This document shows positions 17,309-25,853 of a stretch of DNA of 64,000 bases, piece by piece. Within the stretch, counting starts at the first letter, position 1, and each line of letters opens with the position of its first letter. Below the pieces are notes generated by a model. The model saw only the letters and a list, made by a program, of their open reading frames with translations, searched no databases and was not told the origin of the DNA. The stretch covers positions 6,174 through 70,173 of the forward strand of contig JBKPDP010000052.1 in NCBI GenBank assembly GCA_046727935.1. Reading direction: 5' to 3'. Source of the stretch: Verrucomicrobiota bacterium. GTDB lineage: Bacteria > Verrucomicrobiota > Verrucomicrobiia > Chthoniobacterales > UBA10450. The position numbers and the translations under genes were made by a program.

Positions 17309-19519
17309 GTGATGAAATTTGAGAAGAACACGCTGCTCTTTGGCGCGGACCCTACCGCTCGCATTGTCGCAGTTGAGCTGGGCGAAACGGGAACGGTTAA
17401 GGTTTATCGCCGGGCAGCGGACGGATCGACTGTTGCCGATGTGGAGCCTTTCCACCCATTTGTCTGGTGCGACTCAGATGTTGTCGATCTTGGCATTGAA
17501 GCGGAAAAGCTCGAGAGCGATCTCAAGTACGGCTGGCTGATCACCGTCGATAGCTGGAAAGAACTGATCGCCTTGCGTAATGGACTCAAAAACGCTGGGC
17601 GCGATTTCTTCGCTTTCACCGATCCAGTGCAGCATTACCTAACAGCCACCGGTCGCACTTTGTTCAAGGATCTGGCTTTTGAAGAACTGAAACGCATGCA
17701 GATCGAGGTTCTGTCATTGGAGAACGCTGTCGCCGGGATCGATGACTCCGGCCGGGTTGATCACATCATGAGCATCGCGGTCTCCGATAACACCGGCTGG
17801 GAAGAATTACTGATTGTCGATCCAAAAAACATCGAGGAATCCGAGCACGATGTGCTCAAGCGCCTAACGAGTATCGTTAAAGAGCGCGATCCGGACGTGA
17901 TCGAAGGTCATGATTTGTTCCGCGTCCATCTCCCGCTCCTCGTTGCTCGCGCAAAAAAACTGAAAACGAAACTGGATTGGGGGCGCAGCGATGGTTTTCT
18001 GCGTTCGCGCCCGTCACGACTTCAAATCGCAGAGAAGACAATCGATTATCCGAAGTTCACAGTCGGTGGCCGCCACTTCGTCGATACGTTTTTGCTCGCA
18101 CAATTTTATGACGTCGGCATGCGTTCTCTTGCCGGTTTCGAGCGGACCGATGTCGCCCGGCATTTTGATCTTTGCGACAGCGAACAGATTTCCGCGCTTA
18201 CAGGCAAGGAATTGCAGCGCGCGTACCTGGAAAATTCGGAAGCATTTCGACGACGCGCACTATGCGGTGTGCGCGAGACACGGGCATTATCGGAACTGTT
18301 AGGCGCGAGCTACTTCATCCAGGCGCAGATTTTTCCATACAACTATCAGGATGTGATCGTCCGCGGCAACGCCACGCGGATCAATGCGCTTTTCCTGCGC
18401 GAATATTTCCGGCAACGCCATTCCATTCCCGAGTTGCCGATGGTGCGCGCCTTCGAAGGTGGCTACACCGACATCTTCTTCACCGGGATAGCGCGCAACG
18501 TATGGCATTGTGACGTCGCCTCGCTCTATCCGTCGATCATGTTGAAATTCGATTGTTTTCCGGTGACCGATCAATTGCAAATCTTCCGTCATTTGCTCAC
18601 CGATTTGCGCACGTTCCGATTGGAAGCGAAGTCAGAAATGCGTGCGGAGAAAGATCCCGCGAAGCAGCATCAGCTCCAGGCGTTGCAAAACACGTTCAAG
18701 ATTCTGCTCAACAGTTTCTACGGTTACCTAGGCTTCGCGCAGGGACATTTCGCCGATTTCGATGCCGCAGCGAGCGTGACTCAGATCGGCCGCGATTTGC
18801 TGAAGAAGATGATCGACTGGTTAACCGCGCAGGGGGCGAAAGTGATTGAAGTCGATACGGACGGAATCTATTTCGTTCCGCCAGCCAAGATCGGAATCGA
18901 CGAATTGCGCGAGGGTTTGGCGAAGGAATTGCCTGAGGGAATTGAAATCGAGTTCGACGAACAATTCGACGCAATGTTTAGCTACAAGGCGAAGAACTAC
19001 GCACTCCTTACGAAAGATGGCGAGGTAGTCATCAAGGGCGGCGCCCTCAAGTCGCGCGGACTCGAAAAATTCCAGCGTGTGTTTCTGGAGGAAATGATCA
19101 AGCTCATCATGGAAGGAAAATCCGAAGAGGTCCCGCAATTACGGGACGAGTTCGAGAAAAAAATCCGGGACCGCGAATGGAAAATCGACATGCTGATGAA
19201 GACCGACACGCTGCAGGATTCGCTCGATAAATATCGCGCCAAGATCGCCGGCTCCGCGCGCAACCGCGCCGCCGCTTACGAGCTCGCTCTGGCCAGCGGC
19301 CGCAATTACAAACCCGGCGACCAAATTAGCTATTACATCAAAGCCGCACCAAAGAAAGGTCCCGCCTACGAAGCTGCCAAACTAGCCAGCGAATTCGACC
19401 CGCTAAACCGCGACGAAAACGTCGATTACTATGTCGCCAAGCTCGACGACCTGGTGAAAAAATTCAGCGGCCTCACAGCGGTCGCGTCACCTTTGAAGCA
19501 GGAGAGTTTGGCGCTGTAA
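17309..19519 (+). CDS. polB: Family-B DNA polymerase (Pol II-like) with intact polymerase motifs and degenerate 3'-5' exonuclease motifs
   Basis: 736 aa. Motif A is CDVASLYPSIM, motif B is KILLNSFYGYLG, motif C is VIEVDTDGIYF and the KKRY-like motif is YKAKNYALL. The Exo I, II and III positions read QIEVL, GHDLFRVHLPLL and LCGVRETRAL. Confidence 0.9.
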   Translation: MMKFEKNTLLFGADPTARIVAVELGETGTVKVYRRAADGSTVADVEPFHPFVWCDSDVVDLGIEAEKLESDLKYGWLITVDSWKELIALRNGLKNAGRDFFAFTDPVQHYLTATGRTLFKDLAFEELKRMQIEVLSLENAVAGIDDSGRVDHIMSIAVSDNTGWEELLIVDPKNIEESEHDVLKRLTSIVKERDPDVIEGHDLFRVHLPLLVARAKKLKTKLDWGRSDGFLRSRPSRLQIAEKTIDYPKFTVGGRHFVDTFLLAQFYDVGMRSLAGFERTDVARHFDLCDSEQISALTGKELQRAYLENSEAFRRRALCGVRETRALSELLGASYFIQAQIFPYNYQDVIVRGNATRINALFLREYFRQRHSIPELPMVRAFEGGYTDIFFTGIARNVWHCDVASLYPSIMLKFDCFPVTDQLQIFRHLLTDLRTFRLEAKSEMRAEKDPAKQHQLQALQNTFKILLNSFYGYLGFAQGHFADFDAAASVTQIGRDLLKKMIDWLTAQGAKVIEVDTDGIYFVPPAKIGIDELREGLAKELPEGIEIEFDEQFDAMFSYKAKNYALLTKDGEVVIKGGALKSRGLEKFQRVFLEEMIKLIMEGKSEEVPQLRDEFEKKIRDREWKIDMLMKTDTLQDSLDKYRAKIAGSARNRAAAYELALASGRNYKPGDQISYYIKAAPKKGPAYEAAKLASEFDPLNRDENVDYYVAKLDDLVKKFSGLTAVASPLKQESLAL

Positions 19520-19614
19520 TGCAGGTAAGCTTCAGCCACCCCCAACCCTTCCAGGTTTTCTTCAGAAAATTGTTATCACTTGATGCAATATAATGCACGG
19601 GAGAAATAACAATC

Positions 19615-21108
19615 ATGAAAAGGCTTTTTCATTGTTCAATCGTTGTCGTCCTCGCGAGCGTGGCGGCATTTTCTCGACTCCGCGGAGCTGAAGGTGATCT
19701 CGGCGCGATAAAGACCGAAATCACAAAGCGTCATGATGAGGCCGTGAAGCGGCTGCAGGATTGGATCGCGCAAGTGTCGATCGCGGCGGAGAATCGCGGA
19801 TATCCAGAGGGCGCGGAGTACATGGCTAAGCTGGCGCGCGATGCGGGATTTCAGCAGGCGAAGGTGATCAATACCGACGGCAAACCGGGCGTGTTCGCGA
19901 CGCTCGATGCGGGCGCGCCGAAAACGGTCGGGCTTTATTTCATGTACGACGTCAAACAGTTTGACCCAGTGGAGTGGACATCGCCGCCGACTGAAGCGCG
20001 AATCGTGGACAAGCCGCCGCTGGGAAAGGTGACGGTTGGTCGCGGCGCGGTGAATCAGAAGGGACCGGAAGCGGCGTTTCTTGCGGCGTTGCATGCGATT
20101 CGCGGCGCAGGGAAGAAGATACCGGTCAACCTGGTAATGGTCGCCGAAGGTGAAGAGGAGATCGGTTCACCTCACATCCCACAACTTGTTAGGCGCCCGG
20201 AAGTGCTTGCCGCGCTGAAGAAATGTATCGGGGTGTTCATGCCGTCGGCGACGCAGGATTTGGATGGAATAGTGACGGTAAATCTAGGATCAAAAGGCGT
20301 GATCGAGCTGGAGCTGGTTTCAAGCGGGGAAAAATGGGGACGGGGTCCGGCAAAGGATATTCACTCGTCGCTGAAAGCGATGATTGACAGTCCGGCGTGG
20401 CATCTGGTCAAAGCGCTCGACACGCTTGTTTCCGACGACGGCAACGAAATCAAGATCGACAATTATCCGCAACCGCGGCCACTGAGCGCGGAAGAGAAAG
20501 CGATGATCGCCAGTGTGTCGAAGGTGCGGAGTGAAGTGCAGGCGAAAAAACAGTTCAGCGTGCAACATTGGATCAACGATCTGCCGTGGGAGAAGGCGAA
20601 CGAACGACTTGAATCGCAGCCGACAGTGAACATTGAAGGTTTGGTGGGCGGTTACACTGGCCCCGGCGGCAAAACAATCCTGCCACATCGCGCTGTTGCA
20701 AAGATCGATATGCGTCTGGTGCCAGACATGAAAGCCGCTGACGCACTCGCGGCGTTGAAGGCGCATCTGGCGAAGCGCGGTTTCGGCGACATCGAGGTGA
20801 ACATGACTGGCGGTTACGATCCGACGAGCACATCGGCGGATTCCGCCCTCATCAAGGCGCAGGTAGCGACTTACAAAAAATTCGGAATCGATCCACTACT
20901 TTGGCCGCGCAACGCAGGCTCGTATCCAGGTTACGTGTTTACAGGTGAACCGGTGAAGCTTGCTGCGGGTCATTTCGGACTCGGTCACGGTAGCGGTGCG
21001 CATGCGCCGGACGAGTATTACATCATCGAATCGGCGAACCCGAAAATACAGGGATTCGACGGCGCAGTGATGTCCTTTGTCGAATATCTGTACGAATTGG
21101 CGAAGTAA
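19615..21108 (+). CDS. Secreted peptidase M20 family (dipeptidase / ArgE-DapE-CPG2-like)
   Basis: 497 aa with a signal peptide (VVVLASVAAFSRLRGAEG). It has M20-type motifs (VAEGEEEIGSP) and a dimerisation-domain layout. Confidence 0.85.
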   Translation: MKRLFHCSIVVVLASVAAFSRLRGAEGDLGAIKTEITKRHDEAVKRLQDWIAQVSIAAENRGYPEGAEYMAKLARDAGFQQAKVINTDGKPGVFATLDAGAPKTVGLYFMYDVKQFDPVEWTSPPTEARIVDKPPLGKVTVGRGAVNQKGPEAAFLAALHAIRGAGKKIPVNLVMVAEGEEEIGSPHIPQLVRRPEVLAALKKCIGVFMPSATQDLDGIVTVNLGSKGVIELELVSSGEKWGRGPAKDIHSSLKAMIDSPAWHLVKALDTLVSDDGNEIKIDNYPQPRPLSAEEKAMIASVSKVRSEVQAKKQFSVQHWINDLPWEKANERLESQPTVNIEGLVGGYTGPGGKTILPHRAVAKIDMRLVPDMKAADALAALKAHLAKRGFGDIEVNMTGGYDPTSTSADSALIKAQVATYKKFGIDPLLWPRNAGSYPGYVFTGEPVKLAAGHFGLGHGSGAHAPDEYYIIESANPKIQGFDGAVMSFVEYLYELAK

Positions 21109-21110
21109 GA

Positions 21111-21566
21111 ATGAGCGAAAAATCAGGGACGATTGCGAGGGAGAATGATACGCGTGTACTACATGCCTTTGGCGAAGAAGTAACGATTCATCTCGATGGC
21201 GAACGCACGGGCGGAGAGCTCACAATGTGGACTGAGATCACTCCTCCGGGTGGCGGACCGCCGCCGCATTATCACCTCAACGAGGATGAAGCATTTCACG
21301 TCCTCGAAGGCAGGGTCGCATTCCTTTTAGATTCGGAATGGCACGAACTCGGCCCTGGCGGGACCGCTTTCATGCCGCGCGGCATCGTTCACACGTTCAA
21401 AAATGTTGGCGGTCAGCCCTCCCGGATGGTGCTTACAACGACGCCGTCAGGAATAGAGAAATTCTTCACGCGTTGCGCTGAGGAATTTGCAAAGCCCGGC
21501 GGTTCAGATATGTCGCAGATCATCAAGATCGGTGCCGAGCACGGGATTCATTTCCTGCAAGAGTAG
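21111..21566 (+). CDS. Cupin domain protein
   Basis: 151 aa with cupin motifs (GGGPPPHYHLNEDEAFHVLEG, MPRGIVHTFKN). Confidence 0.8.
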   Translation: MSEKSGTIARENDTRVLHAFGEEVTIHLDGERTGGELTMWTEITPPGGGPPPHYHLNEDEAFHVLEGRVAFLLDSEWHELGPGGTAFMPRGIVHTFKNVGGQPSRMVLTTTPSGIEKFFTRCAEEFAKPGGSDMSQIIKIGAEHGIHFLQE

Positions 21567-21595
21567 GAACGCGAAGTCGCAGTCAACGCCAGCGG

Positions 21596-22021
21596 CTACA
21601 GCAATTTCGCTTCCAGATTGATCTGTGTGCCGGCGAGAGCGACGGATACAGGACAAGTCTTTTTCGTTAGCTCGGCTTGTTCCTTGAATTTTGCCTGGTC
21701 GATTCCGGGAACGTCACCTTCGGTTTTCAAATCGATCGAGGTGATTTTGAATCCCTTGTCGGCGGGCTCCAGCTTCACCGTTGCGGTGGTGCTGACGCGG
21801 TTCGCAGGATGGCCTGCCTTTTCGAGGTTGAACGAAAGCGCCATGGAAAAACAGCCGGCCTCCGCCGCGCCGATAAGTTCTTCGGGATTCGTGCCCTTTC
21901 CCTCTTCGAAGCGCGATGAAAATGAAAAAGGACCTTCAAACGCGCCGCTTCCCAGTTTCATGTTTCCCTTGCCTTCCTTCAAAGTGCCTTCCCAAACAGC
22001 CGATCCAGTTCGTGTTGCCAT
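21596..22021 (-). CDS. osmC: OsmC-family peroxiredoxin
   Basis: 141 aa with the OsmC pattern (GTNPEELIGAAEAGCFSMAL and a second Cys in KKTCPVS). Confidence 0.85.
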   Translation of the reverse strand: MATRTGSAVWEGTLKEGKGNMKLGSGAFEGPFSFSSRFEEGKGTNPEELIGAAEAGCFSMALSFNLEKAGHPANRVSTTATVKLEPADKGFKITSIDLKTEGDVPGIDQAKFKEQAELTKKTCPVSVALAGTQINLEAKLL

Positions 22022-22107
22022 TGTTTACCTCCTTTATTTGTTGCTGATTACGATTCGCGCAGACGCGGTCAGGCGCAATCTGTTTTCCGTCTAACCAAAC
22101 AAGCCAA

Positions 22108-23439
22108 TCACGCCGCTTCCGGCGCGGCGATATCACCGAGCGCAGCGGCGCGTTTTCCGCGTTGTGCCTGCGCAAAAATGCGCTGTTTGTGGCCTAACCA
22201 AACACTTAGCGCCAACCAACAGGCGATGATCGGCACTGTAATGAAACTTATTCCGCGCAATCCGAATCCGAGCGCATTGAGTCCGCGATACGACCACGCC
22301 CCTAGCTGATCGCCAACACGGTAGGCGAAGGTGTCGATTACACTTTTGGCTTTGTACTTATCTTCGCGTCGCAGAACCGTGAACAGAACCTCCCGCGCCG
22401 GTCGCATGAACGCGAAAGTCGCCGCCCGCCTCAGCACCTGAAACACCGCCAAAACTGCGAGCAAGGGGCTGACTCCAATGAAAACAAATCCAATCAGACT
22501 TAGGGCTGGCATTAAGATAAGGGTTGGCGTGACGCCGAACCATTTAAGGAGCCTACCAGTCAGGAAAAGTTGACCAAGAAGCGTGAGTGTATTTACCGAG
22601 CGGTCGAGATTTGCAAAAAAAGTTGTGCGTGCGGCCCGATCCGCGAAGGCGTGGCCGGTGAGATCGGACTGTTGAAAATAGGCCCAAGTCGAAGTCGTTG
22701 AATAAAAAATAATGAACATGAACAAGCCAAAAAGGTAAGGCGACCGAAAAATGTGAGTTATCCCGGACCAAAGACTGCCGCCAATCGCTGCCTCTTCAGT
22801 TCGCTGATCTCGATCTTGCGATGCTTGCTGACCTCGTGCGAAGTCCGCCGGGAAGAAACGCACCGATTGCGCAGCAAGTTCAAACATTGCCGCGGAGACC
22901 AAAAGTAAATTGGCCGCGCCGATTGGCTTTACCAGCGAGGCGGTGATGCTCCCGCCGATAATGGCGCCCAATGATCCGCCGATGCTGATGAAGCCGAAGA
23001 GGCGTTTGCCTTGTTCGTTGCTGAAGAGATCGGTCATGAACGCCCAAAACACAGTGACGACGAAAAGATTAGCGACGCTTAGCCAGACGAAGAACGTCCG
23101 GCCCAACCATGCTTCCTGCGCGGGAGTGAGGACCCGCATGAGAACAGAAAAGATGAGCAGGTTCGCGATGAAGAAACGGTAGGCGATCGGAATAAATTTG
23201 CGGCGCGACATGCCCGCCACGAGTGCGGAAAAGAGCGCGTTTGCGATCAGCATCGCGATCAACGTGGCCGTGAACATCCACGGCAGATTTTCCACGCCGC
23301 TCGACGCGCCGATCTCATCGCGGATCGGACGAATCACATAATAGCTGCCGAGGACCATGAAATTGAAGGCAAACCCAAGCCAGAGCGCCCGGATTTCCTG
23401 CGGCTTTACGTCAACGATCTTTGCGAGAACTTTTTTCAT
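22108..23439 (-). CDS. 12-TM transporter of the MFS-like ATP:ADP antiporter (AAA/TLC, COG3202-type) family, substrate unknown
   Basis: About 443 aa and polytopic. The N-terminus (LWLGFAFNFMVLGSYYVIRPIRDEIG) resembles TLC-family proteins. The start was moved to the ATG at 23439, because the track start at 23451 lies inside repeat family A. Confidence 0.6.
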   Translation of the reverse strand: MKKVLAKIVDVKPQEIRALWLGFAFNFMVLGSYYVIRPIRDEIGASSGVENLPWMFTATLIAMLIANALFSALVAGMSRRKFIPIAYRFFIANLLIFSVLMRVLTPAQEAWLGRTFFVWLSVANLFVVTVFWAFMTDLFSNEQGKRLFGFISIGGSLGAIIGGSITASLVKPIGAANLLLVSAAMFELAAQSVRFFPADFARGQQASQDRDQRTEEAAIGGSLWSGITHIFRSPYLFGLFMFIIFYSTTSTWAYFQQSDLTGHAFADRAARTTFFANLDRSVNTLTLLGQLFLTGRLLKWFGVTPTLILMPALSLIGFVFIGVSPLLAVLAVFQVLRRAATFAFMRPAREVLFTVLRREDKYKAKSVIDTFAYRVGDQLGAWSYRGLNALGFGLRGISFITVPIIACWLALSVWLGHKQRIFAQAQRGKRAAALGDIAAPEAA

Positions 23440-23446
23440 TGGCGCG

Positions 23447-23532
23447 GTCATCCTGAGCGCAAACGAAGAATCTCGCCTGCTTGCGTAACGTTTTCCGCAT
23501 TTGTGAGGTCCCTCGCATCCGCTCGGGATGAC
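23447..23532. repeat. Palindromic intergenic element, family A
   Basis: Left arm GTCATCCTGAGCGCAAACGAAGAATCTC and right arm GAGGTCCCTCGCATCCGCTCGGGATGAC. Confidence 0.6.
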
Positions 23533-23539
23533 GTGGCTG

Positions 23540-24667
23540 TCATGCTTTTTTCTTATGCCACGCGGCGAGCACTTCCGCTTCGCGTTCGGGTGTTAGACCG
23601 GCGCGCAATTTCGATTGCCGCTCTTGCGGTAACGATTTGAACCAAGCGAGCGTGTCGCGCGCCGTTTGGGCGAGGGGACGGAACGTCAAACCTTTTGCCA
23701 GCGCCCGATCGATCTTCGTTCGCGAAAGTCCGAGCTCATCGCCCGCCCAGACCGGCATATCCGACCACGCTTCAACTTTTTGTTGCTGCAGAAAATCCGC
23801 CGGCACCCAGGTAAAACTCGCGTTCGAATCAAGCGCGCCTTTGATCCCGTCGAGCATCTGACCGATTTCGAGCGGCTTGGCGGAGCCGGTCGCGTTATAA
23901 ATTCCGGCTTCGCGATTCTCTGCCATGCGAATTGTCCATTCCGCCAGGTCGCGTGCGTCGATGAATTGCACCGGATCGCTCGGTTTGCCCGGGGCTACGA
24001 CCTCGCCTCCGCGATCAACACGCACCGGCCAATAGGTGAAGCGATCGGTCTCGTCGCCTGGTCCGACGATGAGGCCGGGCCGGATGATCAAGGTTTTTCC
24101 AGGAAACCACTTCTGGGCTTCCTGCTCCGACAAGACTTTGAGCGGCCCATAAGTTTTGTAACCGGACGCCCTCACTGCTTCGATTGTTTCCTTGTACGGA
24201 TCGGGGCCATCGTATTTGGCAAGCGGCGCGGTTTCATCCACGCCATTGTTTGTGTCGGCGTAAACCGAAATCGTCGAGATAAAGACGTAACGGGCGATGT
24301 TTCCTTTGAGAATTTGCGCAGCGTCGCGTACCCACGCGGGAACCGTGGTAGGATTATCGATCGCCACATCCCATTGCCGATCTCTCAGGGCATCGAGTTT
24401 ACCGTTGCGATCACCGACCAATTGCTCGACTTCCTTTGGCAACTCCCCTGGATGCGTCTTGCCGCGATTAAACGTGGTGACTTTGTGGCCGCGGCTCAGC
24501 GCGTATCGAACCTGATTAGGTCCGGTGAATCCGGTGCCGCCAAGAATCAGAATGCGTAAAGGCTGCACGGATTTCTCTGCGAGCACCGTTGTCGATCTCA
24601 TACTGAGAGCTAATGCGCCAGCGGCGGTACCAGAGAGTTTGATAAATTGGCGACGCGTTGTTTTCAT
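23540..24667 (-). CDS. Tat-signal NAD(P)-dependent epimerase/dehydratase-family (extended SDR) protein
   Basis: The N-terminus MKTTRRQFIKLSGTAAGALALS is a twin-arginine signal, followed by a Rossmann motif (ILGGTGFTG). The start was moved to 24667, because the track start at 24691 lies inside repeat family A. Confidence 0.8.
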   Translation of the reverse strand: MKTTRRQFIKLSGTAAGALALSMRSTTVLAEKSVQPLRILILGGTGFTGPNQVRYALSRGHKVTTFNRGKTHPGELPKEVEQLVGDRNGKLDALRDRQWDVAIDNPTTVPAWVRDAAQILKGNIARYVFISTISVYADTNNGVDETAPLAKYDGPDPYKETIEAVRASGYKTYGPLKVLSEQEAQKWFPGKTLIIRPGLIVGPGDETDRFTYWPVRVDRGGEVVAPGKPSDPVQFIDARDLAEWTIRMAENREAGIYNATGSAKPLEIGQMLDGIKGALDSNASFTWVPADFLQQQKVEAWSDMPVWAGDELGLSRTKIDRALAKGLTFRPLAQTARDTLAWFKSLPQERQSKLRAGLTPEREAEVLAAWHKKKA

Positions 24668-24686
24668 TTGCGCGGTAACCTTTCTT

Positions 24687-24772
24687 GTCATTTCGAGCGA
24701 AGTCGAGGAATCTCTTCCTGTCTCGTTAAACGATTTAAACGATTAGAAATGCCTCGACTGCGCTCGATATGA
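24687..24772. repeat. Palindromic intergenic element, family A
   Basis: Left arm GTCATTTCGAGCGAAGTCGAGGAATCTC and right arm AGAAATGCCTCGACTGCGCTCGATATGA. It lies between the divergent SDR and AKR genes. Confidence 0.55.
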
Positions 24773-25710
24773 AACTTGGAAACGTGACTCGACGCAAAGC
24801 CATGCGCCTGATTGGCGTGAGCGGAGCCGGATTGTTGTGCCCGGTTCGTGTGTCACGCGCGCAGGCGAAAGCCGAATCATCTACGATGCTGACACGCGCA
24901 ATTCCTTCATCCGGCGAGAAGCTGCCGGTGATTGGCCTGGGAACCTGGCAGGCTTTCGATGTCGATCTTACACCGGACAACCGGAGACAGCTCGGGGAGG
25001 TCCTTTTGCTTTTTGTGAAGCTTGGCGGACGCGTAATTGACACGTCGCCGATGTATGGTCGGGCCGAAGATGCGATCGGCGAGCTGACGACTGCGCTCGG
25101 CATTCGGGACGAGCTTTTTCTCGCCACGAAGGTTTGGACACGCGGCAAGGAGAATGGAATCAAATCGATGGAGCGTTCGATGGCGCTTCTGCGTGCGAAA
25201 CGAATTGACCTGATGCAAGTCCACAATCTCGTCGACGTCCAGATGCAGCTGGCGACAATGCGTGAATGGAAGGCGCAGGGGCGTATCCGTTACCTGGGCA
25301 TCACGCACTATGAAGCGGGGGCATTTGCTGATGTGGAAAAAATCATGCGAAGCGAAAAGCTCGATTTTGTGCAGATCAACTATTCACTTATGGAGCGCGA
25401 AGCCGAAGAACGCATTTTGCCGCTGGCGCAGGAACGCGGCGTGGCTGTCGTCGTCAATCGCCCCTTTGGCGGTGGCGATCTCTTCGGTAAGGTCCGCTCG
25501 AAGGCATTGCCTGATTGGGCGGCTGAATTTGATTGTCGGTCATGGGCTCAATTTTTCCTCAAATGGATCGTCGCGAATTCCGCCGTCACTTGCGCCATCC
25601 CCGCGACCGACAAACCACACCACCTCGAGGATAATATGCAGGGAGGAATCGGACCGCTTCCTGATGCAAAGATGCGCCAGCGAATGGTTGAATTGGTCTC
25701 GTCGCTGTAG
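24769..25710 (+). CDS. Aldo/keto reductase with a Tat-like signal peptide
   Basis: 313 aa. The N-terminus is VTRRKAMRLIGVSGAGLL...AQA. AKR features include GLGTWQ, IDTSPMYG, a LATKVW lysine and IDLMQVHN. Confidence 0.88.
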   Translation: MKLGNVTRRKAMRLIGVSGAGLLCPVRVSRAQAKAESSTMLTRAIPSSGEKLPVIGLGTWQAFDVDLTPDNRRQLGEVLLLFVKLGGRVIDTSPMYGRAEDAIGELTTALGIRDELFLATKVWTRGKENGIKSMERSMALLRAKRIDLMQVHNLVDVQMQLATMREWKAQGRIRYLGITHYEAGAFADVEKIMRSEKLDFVQINYSLMEREAEERILPLAQERGVAVVVNRPFGGGDLFGKVRSKALPDWAAEFDCRSWAQFFLKWIVANSAVTCAIPATDKPHHLEDNMQGGIGPLPDAKMRQRMVELVSSL

Positions 25711-25853
25711 CGGCCACCGATCAGGAATTGCCTCTAGACTGCGTTTTTTGCAGACCCTGTGCGCATTCAGCAATTGTCAACCGAAAAAATTTACGTTTTC
25801 TGAAAAAAATCGGTTGCGCGGGCAGTCGATTTCATCGATAGGACGCGCGCTTT

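Noticed and set aside
17309-19519. PolB as the signature of a self-replicating mobile element (casposon, pipolin or polinton-like).
   Set aside because: There is no Cas1, integrase, terminal inverted repeat or plasmid/phage module nearby. The protein aligns with Pol II-type rather than protein-primed PolB motifs (it has no TPR1/TPR2-like insertions that I can see). The flanking genes are ordinary secreted peptidases.
23440-23451. Upstream start codons given by the ORF track at 23451, 24691, 39181 and 53829, and the long 5' extensions of 45575, 47645, 59590, 42903, 54749 and 62501.
   Set aside because: The extensions run into palindromic repeats, a terminator, a tRNA-adjacent segment or a neighbouring gene. 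Internal starts restore canonical N-termini (signal peptides, a Tat motif, the RecA and FEN N-termini), often with an SD or an ATGA overlap.
23666-24559. A 297-aa plus-strand ORF lies antisense to the SDR gene. Similar long antisense or off-frame ORFs occur elsewhere, for example 1232-1882, 8026-8475, 9635-10105, 13604-14137, 14703-15254, 27537-28142, 31024-31800, 33147-33605 and 43560-44012.
   Set aside because: Each lies entirely inside a gene with strong family motifs on the other strand or in another frame. Their translations are Arg/Pro/Ala/Ser-rich and low in complexity, and they have no recognisable domains. They are typical shadow ORFs of moderately GC-rich DNA.
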